From contig OY762428.1 in NCBI GenBank assembly GCA_963665665.1, positions 4,192,001 to 4,256,000 of the forward strand: a stretch of DNA of 64,000 nt. Direction: 5' to 3'. The translations under genes and the position numbers were made by a program. A model generated the notes under the pieces. The model saw only the letters and a list, made by a program, of their open reading frames with translations, had not been told where the DNA came from and searched no databases. How positions within the stretch are numbered: the first letter of the stretch is position 1; each line of letters starts with the position of its first letter. The stretch is from Candidatus Kapaibacterium sp. Its GTDB lineage: Bacteria; Bacteroidota; Ignavibacteria; Kapaibacteriales; UBA2268. Of this stretch, positions 39,476-50,174 are shown piece after piece.

Positions 39476-40413
39476 AATTGAAAAACTCATTAAAGAAAAT
39501 ACCTGTCCTTACAGCATCGGATCTTTATATTCTGGTGATGCTGATCATATATACATGCTTCGCTGTTATTTATAGCAATACTCTTGATAATGCTCCCGAG
39601 TTAATAATATTGAATTTATCATGTTCGGCAATATTTGTCGGAATAGCTTTTATTGGCAAAAAATTTGCAGGCCAAAGGTGGTTTTTCCTGCTCCGCAGAT
39701 TATATATATTTCCCTTTCTATTTCTGGTATATAGCCAGATACAATTTTATATCAGGGAAATTAATCCCCTGCTGTATGATGATATACTAATAAGTTGGGA
39801 TAAATGGCTGCTTGGTGTGAATCCTACACAATGGCTTATGAATATTTCAAATCCTGTTTTAACCGAGTACCTGCAATTTTCATATATAACATATTTTTTT
39901 CTTCCATTATTCCTGGGCATTGAAATTCATTTCAGAAAATCGCGCCAGGCATTCAATGATTTTGCCGGTTTGATAGTCTTTTCATTATTTTTCTCTTACC
40001 TGCTTTATCTAATTATGCCGGCAGTGGGGCCCCGTTTTTTCCTTCATGATTTTGCAACTACTGATTTGGAATTGCCGGGGATTTTCCTTGCTGAACATTT
40101 TCGTGCTTTTGTCAATTGGGGAGGGGGGCTTTCACCGGGGGATATTAATCCGCATTTAATTGTAAACAGGGATTGCATGCCCAGCGGGCATACCTGGATA
40201 TCACTTATGACGATAGTTCTGGCATTCAGAAATAATTCAAGAATTAAATACCTGATACTTGTGATTGGAAGCAGCCTGATATTTTCTACTGTTTACCTGA
40301 GATATCACTATGTGGTAGATGTTATTGCCGGTATTACGCTTTGCCTGGTCACTCTCAGGCTTGAACCGTCAATCAGGAAGTTCCTGCAAAATAAAAAATT
40401 AATAAGCGGGTAG
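39472..40413 (+). CDS. PAP2-family membrane phosphatase/phosphotransferase
   Basis: Multiple TM helices; PAVGPR, CMPSGH, LRYHYVVDVIAG. Confidence 0.85.
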   Translation: MKLKNSLKKIPVLTASDLYILVMLIIYTCFAVIYSNTLDNAPELIILNLSCSAIFVGIAFIGKKFAGQRWFFLLRRLYIFPFLFLVYSQIQFYIREINPLLYDDILISWDKWLLGVNPTQWLMNISNPVLTEYLQFSYITYFFLPLFLGIEIHFRKSRQAFNDFAGLIVFSLFFSYLLYLIMPAVGPRFFLHDFATTDLELPGIFLAEHFRAFVNWGGGLSPGDINPHLIVNRDCMPSGHTWISLMTIVLAFRNNSRIKYLILVIGSSLIFSTVYLRYHYVVDVIAGITLCLVTLRLEPSIRKFLQNKKLISG

Positions 40414-40433
40414 CATTTAAGGATATTAATAAA

Positions 40434-40461
40434 CAACTGATCCCGTAATTGAGATCAGTTG
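40434..40461. terminator. Hairpin between convergent genes
   Basis: CAACTGATC-N10-GATCAGTTG. Confidence 0.6.
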
Positions 40462-40484
40462 CCGAATCAGTGGAAAAAAATTGC

Positions 40485-40781
40485 TTACATCTCTTCTATC
40501 AGTTCAAGGAAACGTTTGTAAGGAATTGCCACTATGCTTTTGGCTTCAAGAGCCCCGTTCTCAAGACTAATCATTGATACTTTTGCTGCCGATTCTTCGT
40601 CCGGAGCTTCATAAATATCAATAAAATCATATTGTCCGAAAATTGCATAATGAGCAAGGAACTTAATTTCAGGACATTTTTCTTTCACCTGATCCAGCCA
40701 GGCCCTGCCGATTTTGGCCCTTTCTTTTAAATGCTGGGCTATTTCGGGGGTTAATTTGGTCATTAATATAAATGTTTTCAT
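40485..40781 (-). CDS. GYD domain protein
   Basis: FGQYDF.DIYEAPDEE.AAKVS. Confidence 0.85.
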   Translation of the reverse strand: MKTFILMTKLTPEIAQHLKERAKIGRAWLDQVKEKCPEIKFLAHYAIFGQYDFIDIYEAPDEESAAKVSMISLENGALEAKSIVAIPYKRFLELIEEM

Positions 40782-40876
40782 AGCTTGGCTCCCGAAGAAA
40801 TTATACAAAATCCGGGATTAGCAAACTGCTAAATCCTATTATAAGATAAGCTATTTTTTGATAAAATCAAGAAAAA

Positions 40877-43800
40877 TTATTTATAAATTTCCATTTTTCC
40901 ACGTATCATTTTGCAATTTTCGAAACCCAAATTGGTTTTCAGGTGGTAAATGTAAATACCGATAGGCAGCCCGGCAGGATTGAAAGAAACCGAATATTCT
41001 CCTTTGGGCCTGAACCCCTTGTCTATTGTCAGGACTTTTTCGCTGCGGACATTATAAAGAATCAGCTCAATTTCGGCATCTTCCCTAAGGATATATTCTA
41101 TTGTAGTTGTTTTGCTTGCCGGGTTGGGGAAATTTTGAAATAGTGTTACTGCAGAGCAGCTGTTGGCAGTATATCGTATAGGATTACCGCAGGCAAGTTC
41201 AAATTCTCCATTCTCGATAGTGAAAACAATAGTGCCAATATCAGGTTTTGGGGTGGTCAGCTCGATAGTGCTTATGTCCCTGAAAGAACGCAGAACCACA
41301 AAATCAAAAACAGCTGCATATCCGGAATCATCAGGAATCCTGCTTAATAGTATATCTTCAATAATCATTTCATCATCAATTATCGAGCCTGCAGGAGTTT
41401 CATTTATTGGCCGGAGAATACCGGCTGGCATTGTTAAGTCTGCGCTGATATATTTAAAATCAGAATATTCAAAATTTGTGGTATCTGATAATCTGATTTT
41501 TACCTGTACGCTGTCATCAGGATAGCCACAAAAATCTTCCAAAATGATTTTAGCAGATTTTACAGGTTCGATATTGGTGGTGAGAATGATATTTTCAATA
41601 TTTCCACACTGATCATAAATTTCAATTGAAGAAGTGAATATTCCCGGAGTTGCCGATTCGAAATTAACAGTGGCGGTGGATTTGTTTCCGGGTATGGTTT
41701 GTTCAGGGCTGATTTCAATGTAAAATCCGTCTTTTATCAAAGGCGTTTCCCAGCTGATGTTTCTTGTGCCGGTGTTAGTAATTTCAAATGTTGATGATGT
41801 CTGTGTGTTTATTTCTGCTATGCCTAAATCTACAGTATTGGTTGATACAAAATAAGATATATGTTCTGTTTTCGCTGTTAAAGTAATTAAATTTCTACTA
41901 TTATCAGCATTAACGGCATTAGAAAAGATTATTAGCTCAGCATTTCTCAATCCGGTTTTTTGAGGTTCAGGAACGAATCTGATCTCAATTTCCAATGTTG
42001 CTGAAGGTTCTATCAGTACATCATCAATTATATTAAGAAGTTCAAATTCCTCGTCATCATCACCGTTCAGCTTTAGCGAATCAATAAGAAGCCTGCTGCT
42101 GCCGGTATTGGTAATAACTATTGTTGTGTCCATAGAATAAGGAGGGCAAACTGCATCCGGTAAAACGATCTCATCAATTGATGTTAAAATTGATTCGTTT
42201 TGTTTTGTTTTCCCTGTAATAGTAATAATTTCCTGATTATTACAACTGTCCTTTAATTCAAAATGAACGTTCAGGTCATGCCCGGATTTTTTCCCGGAGT
42301 ATAAAAAATTGATATATGCGCTGTCATTTGGCTGAATATTTAATGGTATCTGGTGACTAATTATTAAATGTTCATCAGGTGATATTATATCTTCGAAAGT
42401 TACCGGCATAGTTCCTTTGTTATAAATAATCATTGAATCTCTGCTGCTGCTGCCGATGTCAATTGTTCCCAGGTCAATATGATTTTTTGAAACTTCAAAT
42501 TTATACATCTGGAAGGAGCCGCTAAGCAGTACCTGGGATGATTTGCTGACATCGCCTGTAAATGAAGACTCAATAATCAGTTTGGCTGTGAAATTTCCGG
42601 CATTGCCGGGTGCAAAACGAATTGCAATTTCTCCTGTAGTTCCGGCAGCTATATCAAATTCTTCAAAAGGTTCGGGATCAAGAATCTCGAAACTGCCGAA
42701 ATTATCATCAGTAATTGATATACTCTTAATTGTAACAGGTTCAGAACCAAGGTTTTTAAGAACAATTAATGAATCGTGAGGAGTTGAATTGCAGATTTGC
42801 GCCGGGTATTGTAATAGTTCCGGAACGTCCAGTTGATAATCAATCCCTTTACCTAAAAGGCGTACCCGGGCTGGCGATCCGTTCCCATCGAAATAGAAAT
42901 TTATCAGTCCGCTGACTTTTCCCGGATATTCAGGTTCAAAAATTATTTTGAATTCGGCGCTTTTCTTAGAACCAATATTGAAAATATCAGGTTTTGGTTC
43001 CATTCTGAATGGGGTGCCCCGGTAATTTATCAGTTCTGTTCCGGTAATTGTTACGGGAAAGCCTGTTTCGTTATAGATCAGGACTATAGTAGTATCTGCC
43101 TTAGTGCCAAGCGATACTTTACCAAAATCCACATCCTGATTAATTATACTTATAATCGGTGAAACAACCTGGGCTTCAAGTGTTTGGGGAAGCATTCCAT
43201 TCTGATGGTGAATTAAAATATCTGAAGATATTTTGCCAATATCTGTTCCGGCAGTAACCCGGAAAATAAGTGATTTAATTTCTCCGGGCTTCATGATAAG
43301 CGGAACAAAGCCTGAGACCAATTTGAAATTATCCGTATTGGAAATTGATATGGAATCAATCCTGATAGGAACCGATCCATTATTATAAATAAAGTTCCTG
43401 ACAGTGCTGTCCCTGAATGTGGATACAAGAATTTGTCCGAAATCAACATCTAAGCTTTTTAATTTAGGGCTGACAATTTGCCAGATATTATCAGATTCGT
43501 CCGAAAGTATGTCCGGTTCTTCAAGCGGGATATCATAAGGCGACCAAATTTCGATGTATGAATCCAGGCTTCCGCTTGCGAGTTTGGTACCGTTCCTGTT
43601 CCATCGAAGTGTTTTTACTTCTTCTGTATGCCCGGTGAATTCATAAATTTTTTCAAAATTAATACCATCGAAAATAATTACCGATTCATTTGATGTTCCA
43701 CATGCTATGTATGCTCCGTCGGGGCTCCAGCTTACCACAGGAACTTTATCGGCACCGGTTTCAAGTGTGTCTGCCGGAGAATAATTCCTGAGGTCATAAA

Positions 43801-45883
43801 TAATTATTTTTCCGGATCTGCCGGAAATTGCTGCATATTTGTCATCAGGGCTTGAGCTAACTGAATAAATTTCAAACTCTTGATTAATACTTGAAAATTC
43901 TTCGTCGAGGCCGGGAACTGAGAATACTTTAAATTTATTGTCCCAGCTTACGGTTAGTAATCGGTCGGAAGCAGTGCTCCAGGCAATTGAACTAAGGGCT
44001 GCATTGTGCGCAGAAACTGACTTTACCTGGTTAAAATTATCTGCATTGCGCAGAATTAGTTCCCCTCCGTAATCTCCGCCAGCCAAATATCTATTATCCG
44101 GACTGATTTCAATGTCAAGAATATTCGATTCATGTCCTGCATAATCTCTTTCATGAGAATATGTTTCGGCATTCCAGACACGGATCATTTCATTTCGGGT
44201 TGTAATTATTTTTTTTCCATCCCGAGACCATAGCACACTTGCCACCAAACCTTCGGAATTAGAAACAATGGTATCGATATTATTATTAATTAAATCCCAA
44301 ACAATGATCCAGCCGTCATTGGAACCACTGACAATTTTTCTGGAATCCGGCTTCCAGGATATGCCATAAACACTATTTTCATGTCCGCTTAAAATTGTAA
44401 CTTTGCTATCCTTGCTGTCGGTTTTTCTAATTCTCATCAGACCTTCATTTGTCGGCAAATCCGGAACTTTCCAGGAATATTCAAGTCCGATTGCACCTTC
44501 ATCAGCTTTAATCCAGTTTGCTCCGTCGTTCGTGCTGTATTCAATAATAACTTCGTTTTCAGGAAGAATACCTTCCCACTTGATTGTTGTATCAGAACCG
44601 GATACGAGTTTTTCACCTCCGTTTGGAAATACAACTTTAAGGGTGTCGGCAGGGGTAGTTCCCCTTATATTTGCGGCAATGTATAGAGTTTTTTCCAGGC
44701 AGGCATCGGTGTCGAATTCAATTCTACCAAAACCGAGAGTGTTGGTTGAAATCTGAAAAAAAATTTCAATTTCAGCTGAATCGCCAGGTGGAATATTTAT
44801 TGTTTCCTGGTCAAGAATTGGTATTGATATGTCCTGATTAGTACTTGTGTAAGAGTTAATGGAAATTGGCTCGCGGCCAGAAAATAGTTTTATTATTGTA
44901 TCAAGAATTATTCCCGGGTCCACAGCTCCGAAATTAATGGAAGTGGAGGAAGAATATTGTAGTTTCGATAAATATCTTTGATTGATTTCGTAATCAAAAC
45001 TACTAAAGAAATCTTCGCCGAGGTAATTAATCCGAAAAGATAAATTTCTATGTGTTTGGCAACCGTTTGATTCCCATAAAATTTTGTAAGGCGGAATACC
45101 GGAAACAGCGAAATATATTTTTTTGAAAGCGTCCTCCAAGCTGCCAGGGTCTGTGATATTATCATAAAAACTGCCCCCGGTTTTAAGTGCAAGATCAGAT
45201 AAAGTTTTGCCGGCAGGCCCGGCTAAGACTACCGGAAATACTTTTATTCCGTAGTTATCAGCCAGAATCACAATATCTGATATATCAGTTTCAACTATAC
45301 CATCGGTTATCAGAATGATAGATTTATCCCATTTTCCAGCTGCTGCTATATTGATAGCTCCGGCTGCCTGGTCGGAAAAAGCATTTTTAAAATTTGCATT
45401 TCCCGAAGTAGCAATATTTTGAAAAGCTGATATAATATCATCGGCATTATCCGTGAAGTCCTGGTTGATAAAGGCTTTTTCGTTGAAAGTGCACAAAGCT
45501 GTTTCATTATAGTTTGGGTCGGACAGAATTTTCCACTTAAGCATTGCACTTCTGACTATATCCATTTTGAAACCGTTCATGGATGATGATATATCGACTG
45601 AAAAAACAACGGAAGTTGCCCTTTGATCGTAGGGGCCGGGTTCTATAAGGCTGAATCCTAGAGGATCGGAATTCTGAAGAAGATCAATATCTGCTTTTTC
45701 AAGATCCTGAACAGATATATCATCATTAGCGGTAAAATAAAACTCGGAAGTAATATTCGGATAGTTTGATGTTTCTACTGAATTGAGCAGTACTTGTGCA
45801 TTAAGCGAATACTGAAATAAAAAAATCAATCCCGCGATAACGACATTTGAAGTTAAATAGTTTGCAAATAATATTTTTAACAC
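40877..45883 (-). CDS. Giant secreted protein: vWA + WD40 repeats + Ig-like repeats + T9SS CTD
   Basis: vWA DISSSM / ITDG; GH...WD repeats; VDFG Ig-like repeats; QNFPNP...GIYIY CTD. GTG start at 45883 inferred (ORF open to 45946). Confidence 0.85.
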   Translation of the reverse strand: MLKILFANYLTSNVVIAGLIFLFQYSLNAQVLLNSVETSNYPNITSEFYFTANDDISVQDLEKADIDLLQNSDPLGFSLIEPGPYDQRATSVVFSVDISSSMNGFKMDIVRSAMLKWKILSDPNYNETALCTFNEKAFINQDFTDNADDIISAFQNIATSGNANFKNAFSDQAAGAINIAAAGKWDKSIILITDGIVETDISDIVILADNYGIKVFPVVLAGPAGKTLSDLALKTGGSFYDNITDPGSLEDAFKKIYFAVSGIPPYKILWESNGCQTHRNLSFRINYLGEDFFSSFDYEINQRYLSKLQYSSSTSINFGAVDPGIILDTIIKLFSGREPISINSYTSTNQDISIPILDQETINIPPGDSAEIEIFFQISTNTLGFGRIEFDTDACLEKTLYIAANIRGTTPADTLKVVFPNGGEKLVSGSDTTIKWEGILPENEVIIEYSTNDGANWIKADEGAIGLEYSWKVPDLPTNEGLMRIRKTDSKDSKVTILSGHENSVYGISWKPDSRKIVSGSNDGWIIVWDLINNNIDTIVSNSEGLVASVLWSRDGKKIITTRNEMIRVWNAETYSHERDYAGHESNILDIEISPDNRYLAGGDYGGELILRNADNFNQVKSVSAHNAALSSIAWSTASDRLLTVSWDNKFKVFSVPGLDEEFSSINQEFEIYSVSSSPDDKYAAISGRSGKIIIYDLRNYSPADTLETGADKVPVVSWSPDGAYIACGTSNESVIIFDGINFEKIYEFTGHTEEVKTLRWNRNGTKLASGSLDSYIEIWSPYDIPLEEPDILSDESDNIWQIVSPKLKSLDVDFGQILVSTFRDSTVRNFIYNNGSVPIRIDSISISNTDNFKLVSGFVPLIMKPGEIKSLIFRVTAGTDIGKISSDILIHHQNGMLPQTLEAQVVSPIISIINQDVDFGKVSLGTKADTTIVLIYNETGFPVTITGTELINYRGTPFRMEPKPDIFNIGSKKSAEFKIIFEPEYPGKVSGLINFYFDGNGSPARVRLLGKGIDYQLDVPELLQYPAQICNSTPHDSLIVLKNLGSEPVTIKSISITDDNFGSFEILDPEPFEEFDIAAGTTGEIAIRFAPGNAGNFTAKLIIESSFTGDVSKSSQVLLSGSFQMYKFEVSKNHIDLGTIDIGSSSRDSMIIYNKGTMPVTFEDIISPDEHLIISHQIPLNIQPNDSAYINFLYSGKKSGHDLNVHFELKDSCNNQEIITITGKTKQNESILTSIDEIVLPDAVCPPYSMDTTIVITNTGSSRLLIDSLKLNGDDDEEFELLNIIDDVLIEPSATLEIEIRFVPEPQKTGLRNAELIIFSNAVNADNSRNLITLTAKTEHISYFVSTNTVDLGIAEINTQTSSTFEITNTGTRNISWETPLIKDGFYIEISPEQTIPGNKSTATVNFESATPGIFTSSIEIYDQCGNIENIILTTNIEPVKSAKIILEDFCGYPDDSVQVKIRLSDTTNFEYSDFKYISADLTMPAGILRPINETPAGSIIDDEMIIEDILLSRIPDDSGYAAVFDFVVLRSFRDISTIELTTPKPDIGTIVFTIENGEFELACGNPIRYTANSCSAVTLFQNFPNPASKTTTIEYILREDAEIELILYNVRSEKVLTIDKGFRPKGEYSVSFNPAGLPIGIYIYHLKTNLGFENCKMIRGKMEIYK

Positions 45884-46057
45884 GTTTCTATAATCAATAT
45901 CATATTTAACAAAAAAGCGAACATTAAATATAAAAATTAATATCATAATATTAAATTTTATCTCTTATAATAACCCCTGTCAATTGGGTTTGTTACTTAT
46001 TTTTATTATTTTCTCGTTTGATTTTTGTGTTTATTATTTTCGAACGGGATTAAAATT

Positions 46058-47815
46058 ATGTTTTTACCGATGACAAAATTTGAAATGGACAGGCTTGGAT
46101 GGAATCAGGCTGATGTTATACTTGTTAGCGGTGATGCATATATCGACTCTCCGTATGACGGAATAGCCATTATTGGCAAATACCTTCAAAAATCCGGGTT
46201 CAGGGTTGCGGTTATCTCTCAGCCTGATATTAAAAATCCGGATGAAATAACTGCATTGGGAGAGCCAGCGCTATTCTGGGGGGTAAGTTCCGGCGCCGTT
46301 GATTCTATGGTTGCAAATTATACTTCCCTAATGAAACCAAGGCGAAACGACGACCTGACTCCCGGCGGGATAAATAACCGAAGGCCCGACAGGGCAGTTA
46401 TAAAATATGTAAATTGTATACGGGCAAATTTTAAAAACACAGTTTCGGTAGTTATCGGAGGTATTGAGGCCAGCCTTAGAAGAATAGCTCATTACGATTA
46501 CTGGTCTGATAAAGTACGGCGCTCCATACTCTTTGATTCAAAAGCTGACTATCTTGTTTACGGAATGGGTGAAAGAACGATTCTTGAAATAGCCAATGCG
46601 TTTAAAAAAGAACAGGATATCAGGAATATCAGGGGAATTTGTTATAAATCCTCAGATTTTCCCAGGGACTATATTTCACTTGACAGTTATGAAGAAGTTG
46701 CTGCCGATAAAAGGAAGTTTTCTGATTCTTTTATGGAATTTTATAAAAATACGGATCCACTCAATGCTTTCGGCCTTGTTCAGAAGCATGGCGACAGATA
46801 CCTGGTTCAAAATCCGCCAAACTATTATCTTGAACAGGCAGAACTGGATTCTGTTTATGAAATGGATTTTGAATATGATGCCCATCCTGTACTGAAGAAA
46901 AAAGGAAAGATAAAAGCCCTTGATACGACACGTTTTTCGATAAATTCACACAGGGGATGCTTCGGAGAGTGCAATTTTTGCGCTATTACAATGCACCAGG
47001 GGCGTAGAATAAGGAGCAGGAGTGTGAAATCAATAATTAGAGAAGTAAAAAACTACACCGGGCGTAAAGATTTTAAGGGGAATATTAATGATGTTGGCGG
47101 CCCAACAGCAAATATGTTCGGTATGAGTTGCAAAAAAATGGATAAAAAAGGTGCCTGCAAGGATAAAAAGTGTCTGAGCCCCGGAAAATGTAAAGCCCTG
47201 GCAAATACCCATCAGCTAAATATAAGCCTTCTACGTGAACTACGAAAAATTAATGGTGTGAAGAAAATATTTATCTCCTCGGGCATAAGATATGATTTGA
47301 TAAGTGCCGACAAGGAAAATGGAAGAAAATATCTTGAAGAGATATTGGAATATCACATACCGGGGCAGATGAAAATTGCGCCTGAGCATACCTCTCCTGA
47401 AATTCTAAGAATTATGGGCAAGCCGGATCAAAGATCGTTGTCGATATTCAAGGCCATGTTCGAGGAAATAAAAAGAAAAAAGAAACTGAAAAAATTCCTG
47501 ACATACTATCTGATAGCTGCCCATCCTGGATGTAATAACGTAAATATGAAAGATATGGCAAAATATGTAAGAAATGAACTTAAAATATCTCCCGAACAGA
47601 TTCAGGTTTTTACACCTACGCCATCAACAATTTCAACACTTATTTACTACACTGGAATAAATCCTTTTACAGGTGATGAAGTATTCGTTGAAAAGAAACT
47701 TTCAGAAAAAAGAAAACAAAAGGAAATAATAACAGGAAATCCGGGAAATAAAATGAATAAATTCAGAGGAAAAAATAATAAAAACCGGCCCGGAAGAAGG
47801 ATTATGAAAAAATAA
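46058..47815 (+). CDS. ygiQ: YgiQ / UPF0313 radical SAM protein
   Basis: MFLP.T, GDAYIDSP, GGIEASLRR.AHYD, CFGECNFC, GGPTANM, APEH. Confidence 0.9.
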   Translation: MFLPMTKFEMDRLGWNQADVILVSGDAYIDSPYDGIAIIGKYLQKSGFRVAVISQPDIKNPDEITALGEPALFWGVSSGAVDSMVANYTSLMKPRRNDDLTPGGINNRRPDRAVIKYVNCIRANFKNTVSVVIGGIEASLRRIAHYDYWSDKVRRSILFDSKADYLVYGMGERTILEIANAFKKEQDIRNIRGICYKSSDFPRDYISLDSYEEVAADKRKFSDSFMEFYKNTDPLNAFGLVQKHGDRYLVQNPPNYYLEQAELDSVYEMDFEYDAHPVLKKKGKIKALDTTRFSINSHRGCFGECNFCAITMHQGRRIRSRSVKSIIREVKNYTGRKDFKGNINDVGGPTANMFGMSCKKMDKKGACKDKKCLSPGKCKALANTHQLNISLLRELRKINGVKKIFISSGIRYDLISADKENGRKYLEEILEYHIPGQMKIAPEHTSPEILRIMGKPDQRSLSIFKAMFEEIKRKKKLKKFLTYYLIAAHPGCNNVNMKDMAKYVRNELKISPEQIQVFTPTPSTISTLIYYTGINPFTGDEVFVEKKLSEKRKQKEIITGNPGNKMNKFRGKNNKNRPGRRIMKK

Positions 47816-48067
47816 CCGGGCCGGTGAAGTGGGTACTAATATTCCGGAATGTTCCGGATATTGTTTACTCGTTTGACAATAAATAAATTATTCTGATGTG
47901 ACGTGAATAATTTTTATTATTTATCATAACACTTATTGAGAATGACCTCAACAAGATTTACCCTGCTTAATTAACATCTGAAATGGAAAAAAGTCTCATA
48001 AATTCCAAAATTTTTTTTATCTTTATTTTAACAGATTTAATTAAAGTTAATGTTCTTTTTGGAGAAA

Positions 48068-48424
48068 ATGATGCAATTAACGTGGTATAAGTGTGTGGGC
48101 GATGTATGGTGCAACCTATTTAGATTAGATCTTGATCATCGCTATCTTGATGATATTGAGGGATGTTTCATACTTTGGAGCGGTATAGATCCAAAAGTGC
48201 CTCTGGCGGTTGGATACGGTGATATCAGATCAGAACTTAAGGCTTTGAAGAGTGATATAGCTATTCGTGCTTTCGAAGGCAGGGGATTATTTGTTACCTG
48301 GGCAGAATTACCGGAAAAAAAGAGGGGAGCTGTAATATCATTTCTTATTAGCAAGTTAAAACCAAAGATTGCTGCAAAAGGCGGGGCTATTGATAAAAAA
48401 ATTGAAGTTAATCTTCCGTTTTAA
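48068..48424 (+). CDS. Small hypothetical protein, GIY-YIG-like fold, degenerate
   Basis: W.KC.GDVWC.L...DL.H, GCFILW, AVG.G.I, LFVTWA, IEVNLPF. Confidence 0.55.
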   Translation: MMQLTWYKCVGDVWCNLFRLDLDHRYLDDIEGCFILWSGIDPKVPLAVGYGDIRSELKALKSDIAIRAFEGRGLFVTWAELPEKKRGAVISFLISKLKPKIAAKGGAIDKKIEVNLPF

Positions 48425-49410
48425 AGCGGCCATTCTTCCATTAAAAACGAGATACGGAAACAAAGTTTGTGTTGTTTCCATATCTCGTCTTTTATTACGC
48501 TTGTTAACGGATAGGAGTACATCATAGCGAAATTAAGCCCAAATCCGTCTGCATCCATCATAAATCCAAGTTCCAGATCGAGATATAACCTGTGTGAATT
48601 TAATGTGCTTAGTTTCTTTTCATGGAACAGGCTGAGAGTATCTCTTCCATTATCATACCTGATCTTATCTTTTGGGTAACCAATTTGCATATATTGATTT
48701 GATTCACTTGTTAATATATGATCGTAAGACAAACCGCCATAGAGATAATAAATCGAAAAACTATATGTATCTGCCGATTTCAAAAAACCGCCATACCATG
48801 GAATTAGTAGTCCTCCTCGAAGTGTTATTTTCATTTCGTCAAGGGTTAAAATTCCGGCTTCTTTCATTTTTATTTTTTCACCCTTTGCATTTATAAAATG
48901 CTTTACTTTTGTTCTTGTGAAAAGAAGACCCTTGGAAAATTCCCAATTTGCTTCTGCCCGAACAAAGCTGTTAATGAAGGCCAGTGAATGAATACCACCA
49001 ATACCAAAATTGATTAAACTCGATGCCGGGCCGTTGTCCTCTTCTTCATCTCTTTTGTTTTTTTCCATAATATTCATCTGGTCAGCACTCATTGTTCTTT
49101 TTGAAGAAAACGGGTATAATGTAGGAACAAAAGATGAAGACCTTATATTGTCGGCTTTATCAATTACAGAACCAAAATTCCAATTAAATGTGTAGGATCG
49201 AAAATTATCGAATATTCCGGGAAAATAACCACTTGATATAAAAATATTTTCCATGTAATCTTCTTCGAAATCTTTGTGCAGTGTAGTGTCCTGCAGTATT
49301 TTTGCCAGGTCGTTAAAAGTGTATGTACTGTCAGATTTATCCTCGTTTTGAGCCAATGCTGATTGGTATAGAAACACAATAGCAAATATAATAATGAGAT
49401 ATTTCATCAT
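48421..49410 (-). CDS. Hypothetical outer-membrane protein
   Basis: Signal peptide, beta-strand pattern. Confidence 0.6.
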   Translation of the reverse strand: MMKYLIIIFAIVFLYQSALAQNEDKSDSTYTFNDLAKILQDTTLHKDFEEDYMENIFISSGYFPGIFDNFRSYTFNWNFGSVIDKADNIRSSSFVPTLYPFSSKRTMSADQMNIMEKNKRDEEEDNGPASSLINFGIGGIHSLAFINSFVRAEANWEFSKGLLFTRTKVKHFINAKGEKIKMKEAGILTLDEMKITLRGGLLIPWYGGFLKSADTYSFSIYYLYGGLSYDHILTSESNQYMQIGYPKDKIRYDNGRDTLSLFHEKKLSTLNSHRLYLDLELGFMMDADGFGLNFAMMYSYPLTSVIKDEIWKQHKLCFRISFLMEEWPL

Positions 49411-50174
49411 TTAGCCACCATGAATTTCTTGTAAGCACTGCCTGTGTTTGCTTCAATAATTATATAATACATACCTGCCGCCATTTCTTCGGGAATATCA
49501 TAAGAATATCTTTGGGTTCCTTTTCTAACATCCTTAATATTTTCTACCAGCCTGGCTTTGCCTTCAGTATTATAAATAAAAACCTTCATGTCGCTGTTTT
49601 TGTCTATGAAAAAATCAAAATACAGGGTTTCTCCGGCATTAACCGGATTGGGGAAAATATTATAAACATTTGGAAAACGTACATAATTATCTATTGGCGA
49701 TATATTGAATGTTGTTAAAGTTGCTAATTTGTCATTTTGTAATGAATCATTAATAATAATATTTCTGAATAATATATTAGTAATAGTATCCGAGCCGGCA
49801 AGGCATTCACCGTTTAGTAATATTTGAACATTTTCATTTTGATTGTTTATCTTCAGATTAAGCTCAAACTTGTACAAAGAATCATTAACGCCGGGAGAGT
49901 TTTGATATTCAACCCGTGAAATTGAAGAACTTATTATACTACAATTGGAGTATTCTGTGAAGTATTCCGGAAGAAATATTGTAGGATTCTTTAATAGTAA
50001 TTCCCCGCTAATGATCAGATAATCTGACCCGATATCAGCAAATTCTATTCTAAGGTTTGTGTATTCGCCTTTTATTCCGCTTGTGTCATTTAGAAAATAA
50101 TCAAAAGCCAAAGTTGATATTTGACTGGTAAAAAAAAATATTATAAAAACAATACTATTTCTTAATAATAACAA
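49407..50174 (-). CDS. Secreted protein with T9SS CTD
   Basis: TTG start overlapping the upstream stop; FPNP...YNTEG...AAGMYY...KKFMVAK. Confidence 0.75.
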   Translation of the reverse strand: MLLLRNSIVFIIFFFTSQISTLAFDYFLNDTSGIKGEYTNLRIEFADIGSDYLIISGELLLKNPTIFLPEYFTEYSNCSIISSSISRVEYQNSPGVNDSLYKFELNLKINNQNENVQILLNGECLAGSDTITNILFRNIIINDSLQNDKLATLTTFNISPIDNYVRFPNVYNIFPNPVNAGETLYFDFFIDKNSDMKVFIYNTEGKARLVENIKDVRKGTQRYSYDIPEEMAAGMYYIIIEANTGSAYKKFMVAK

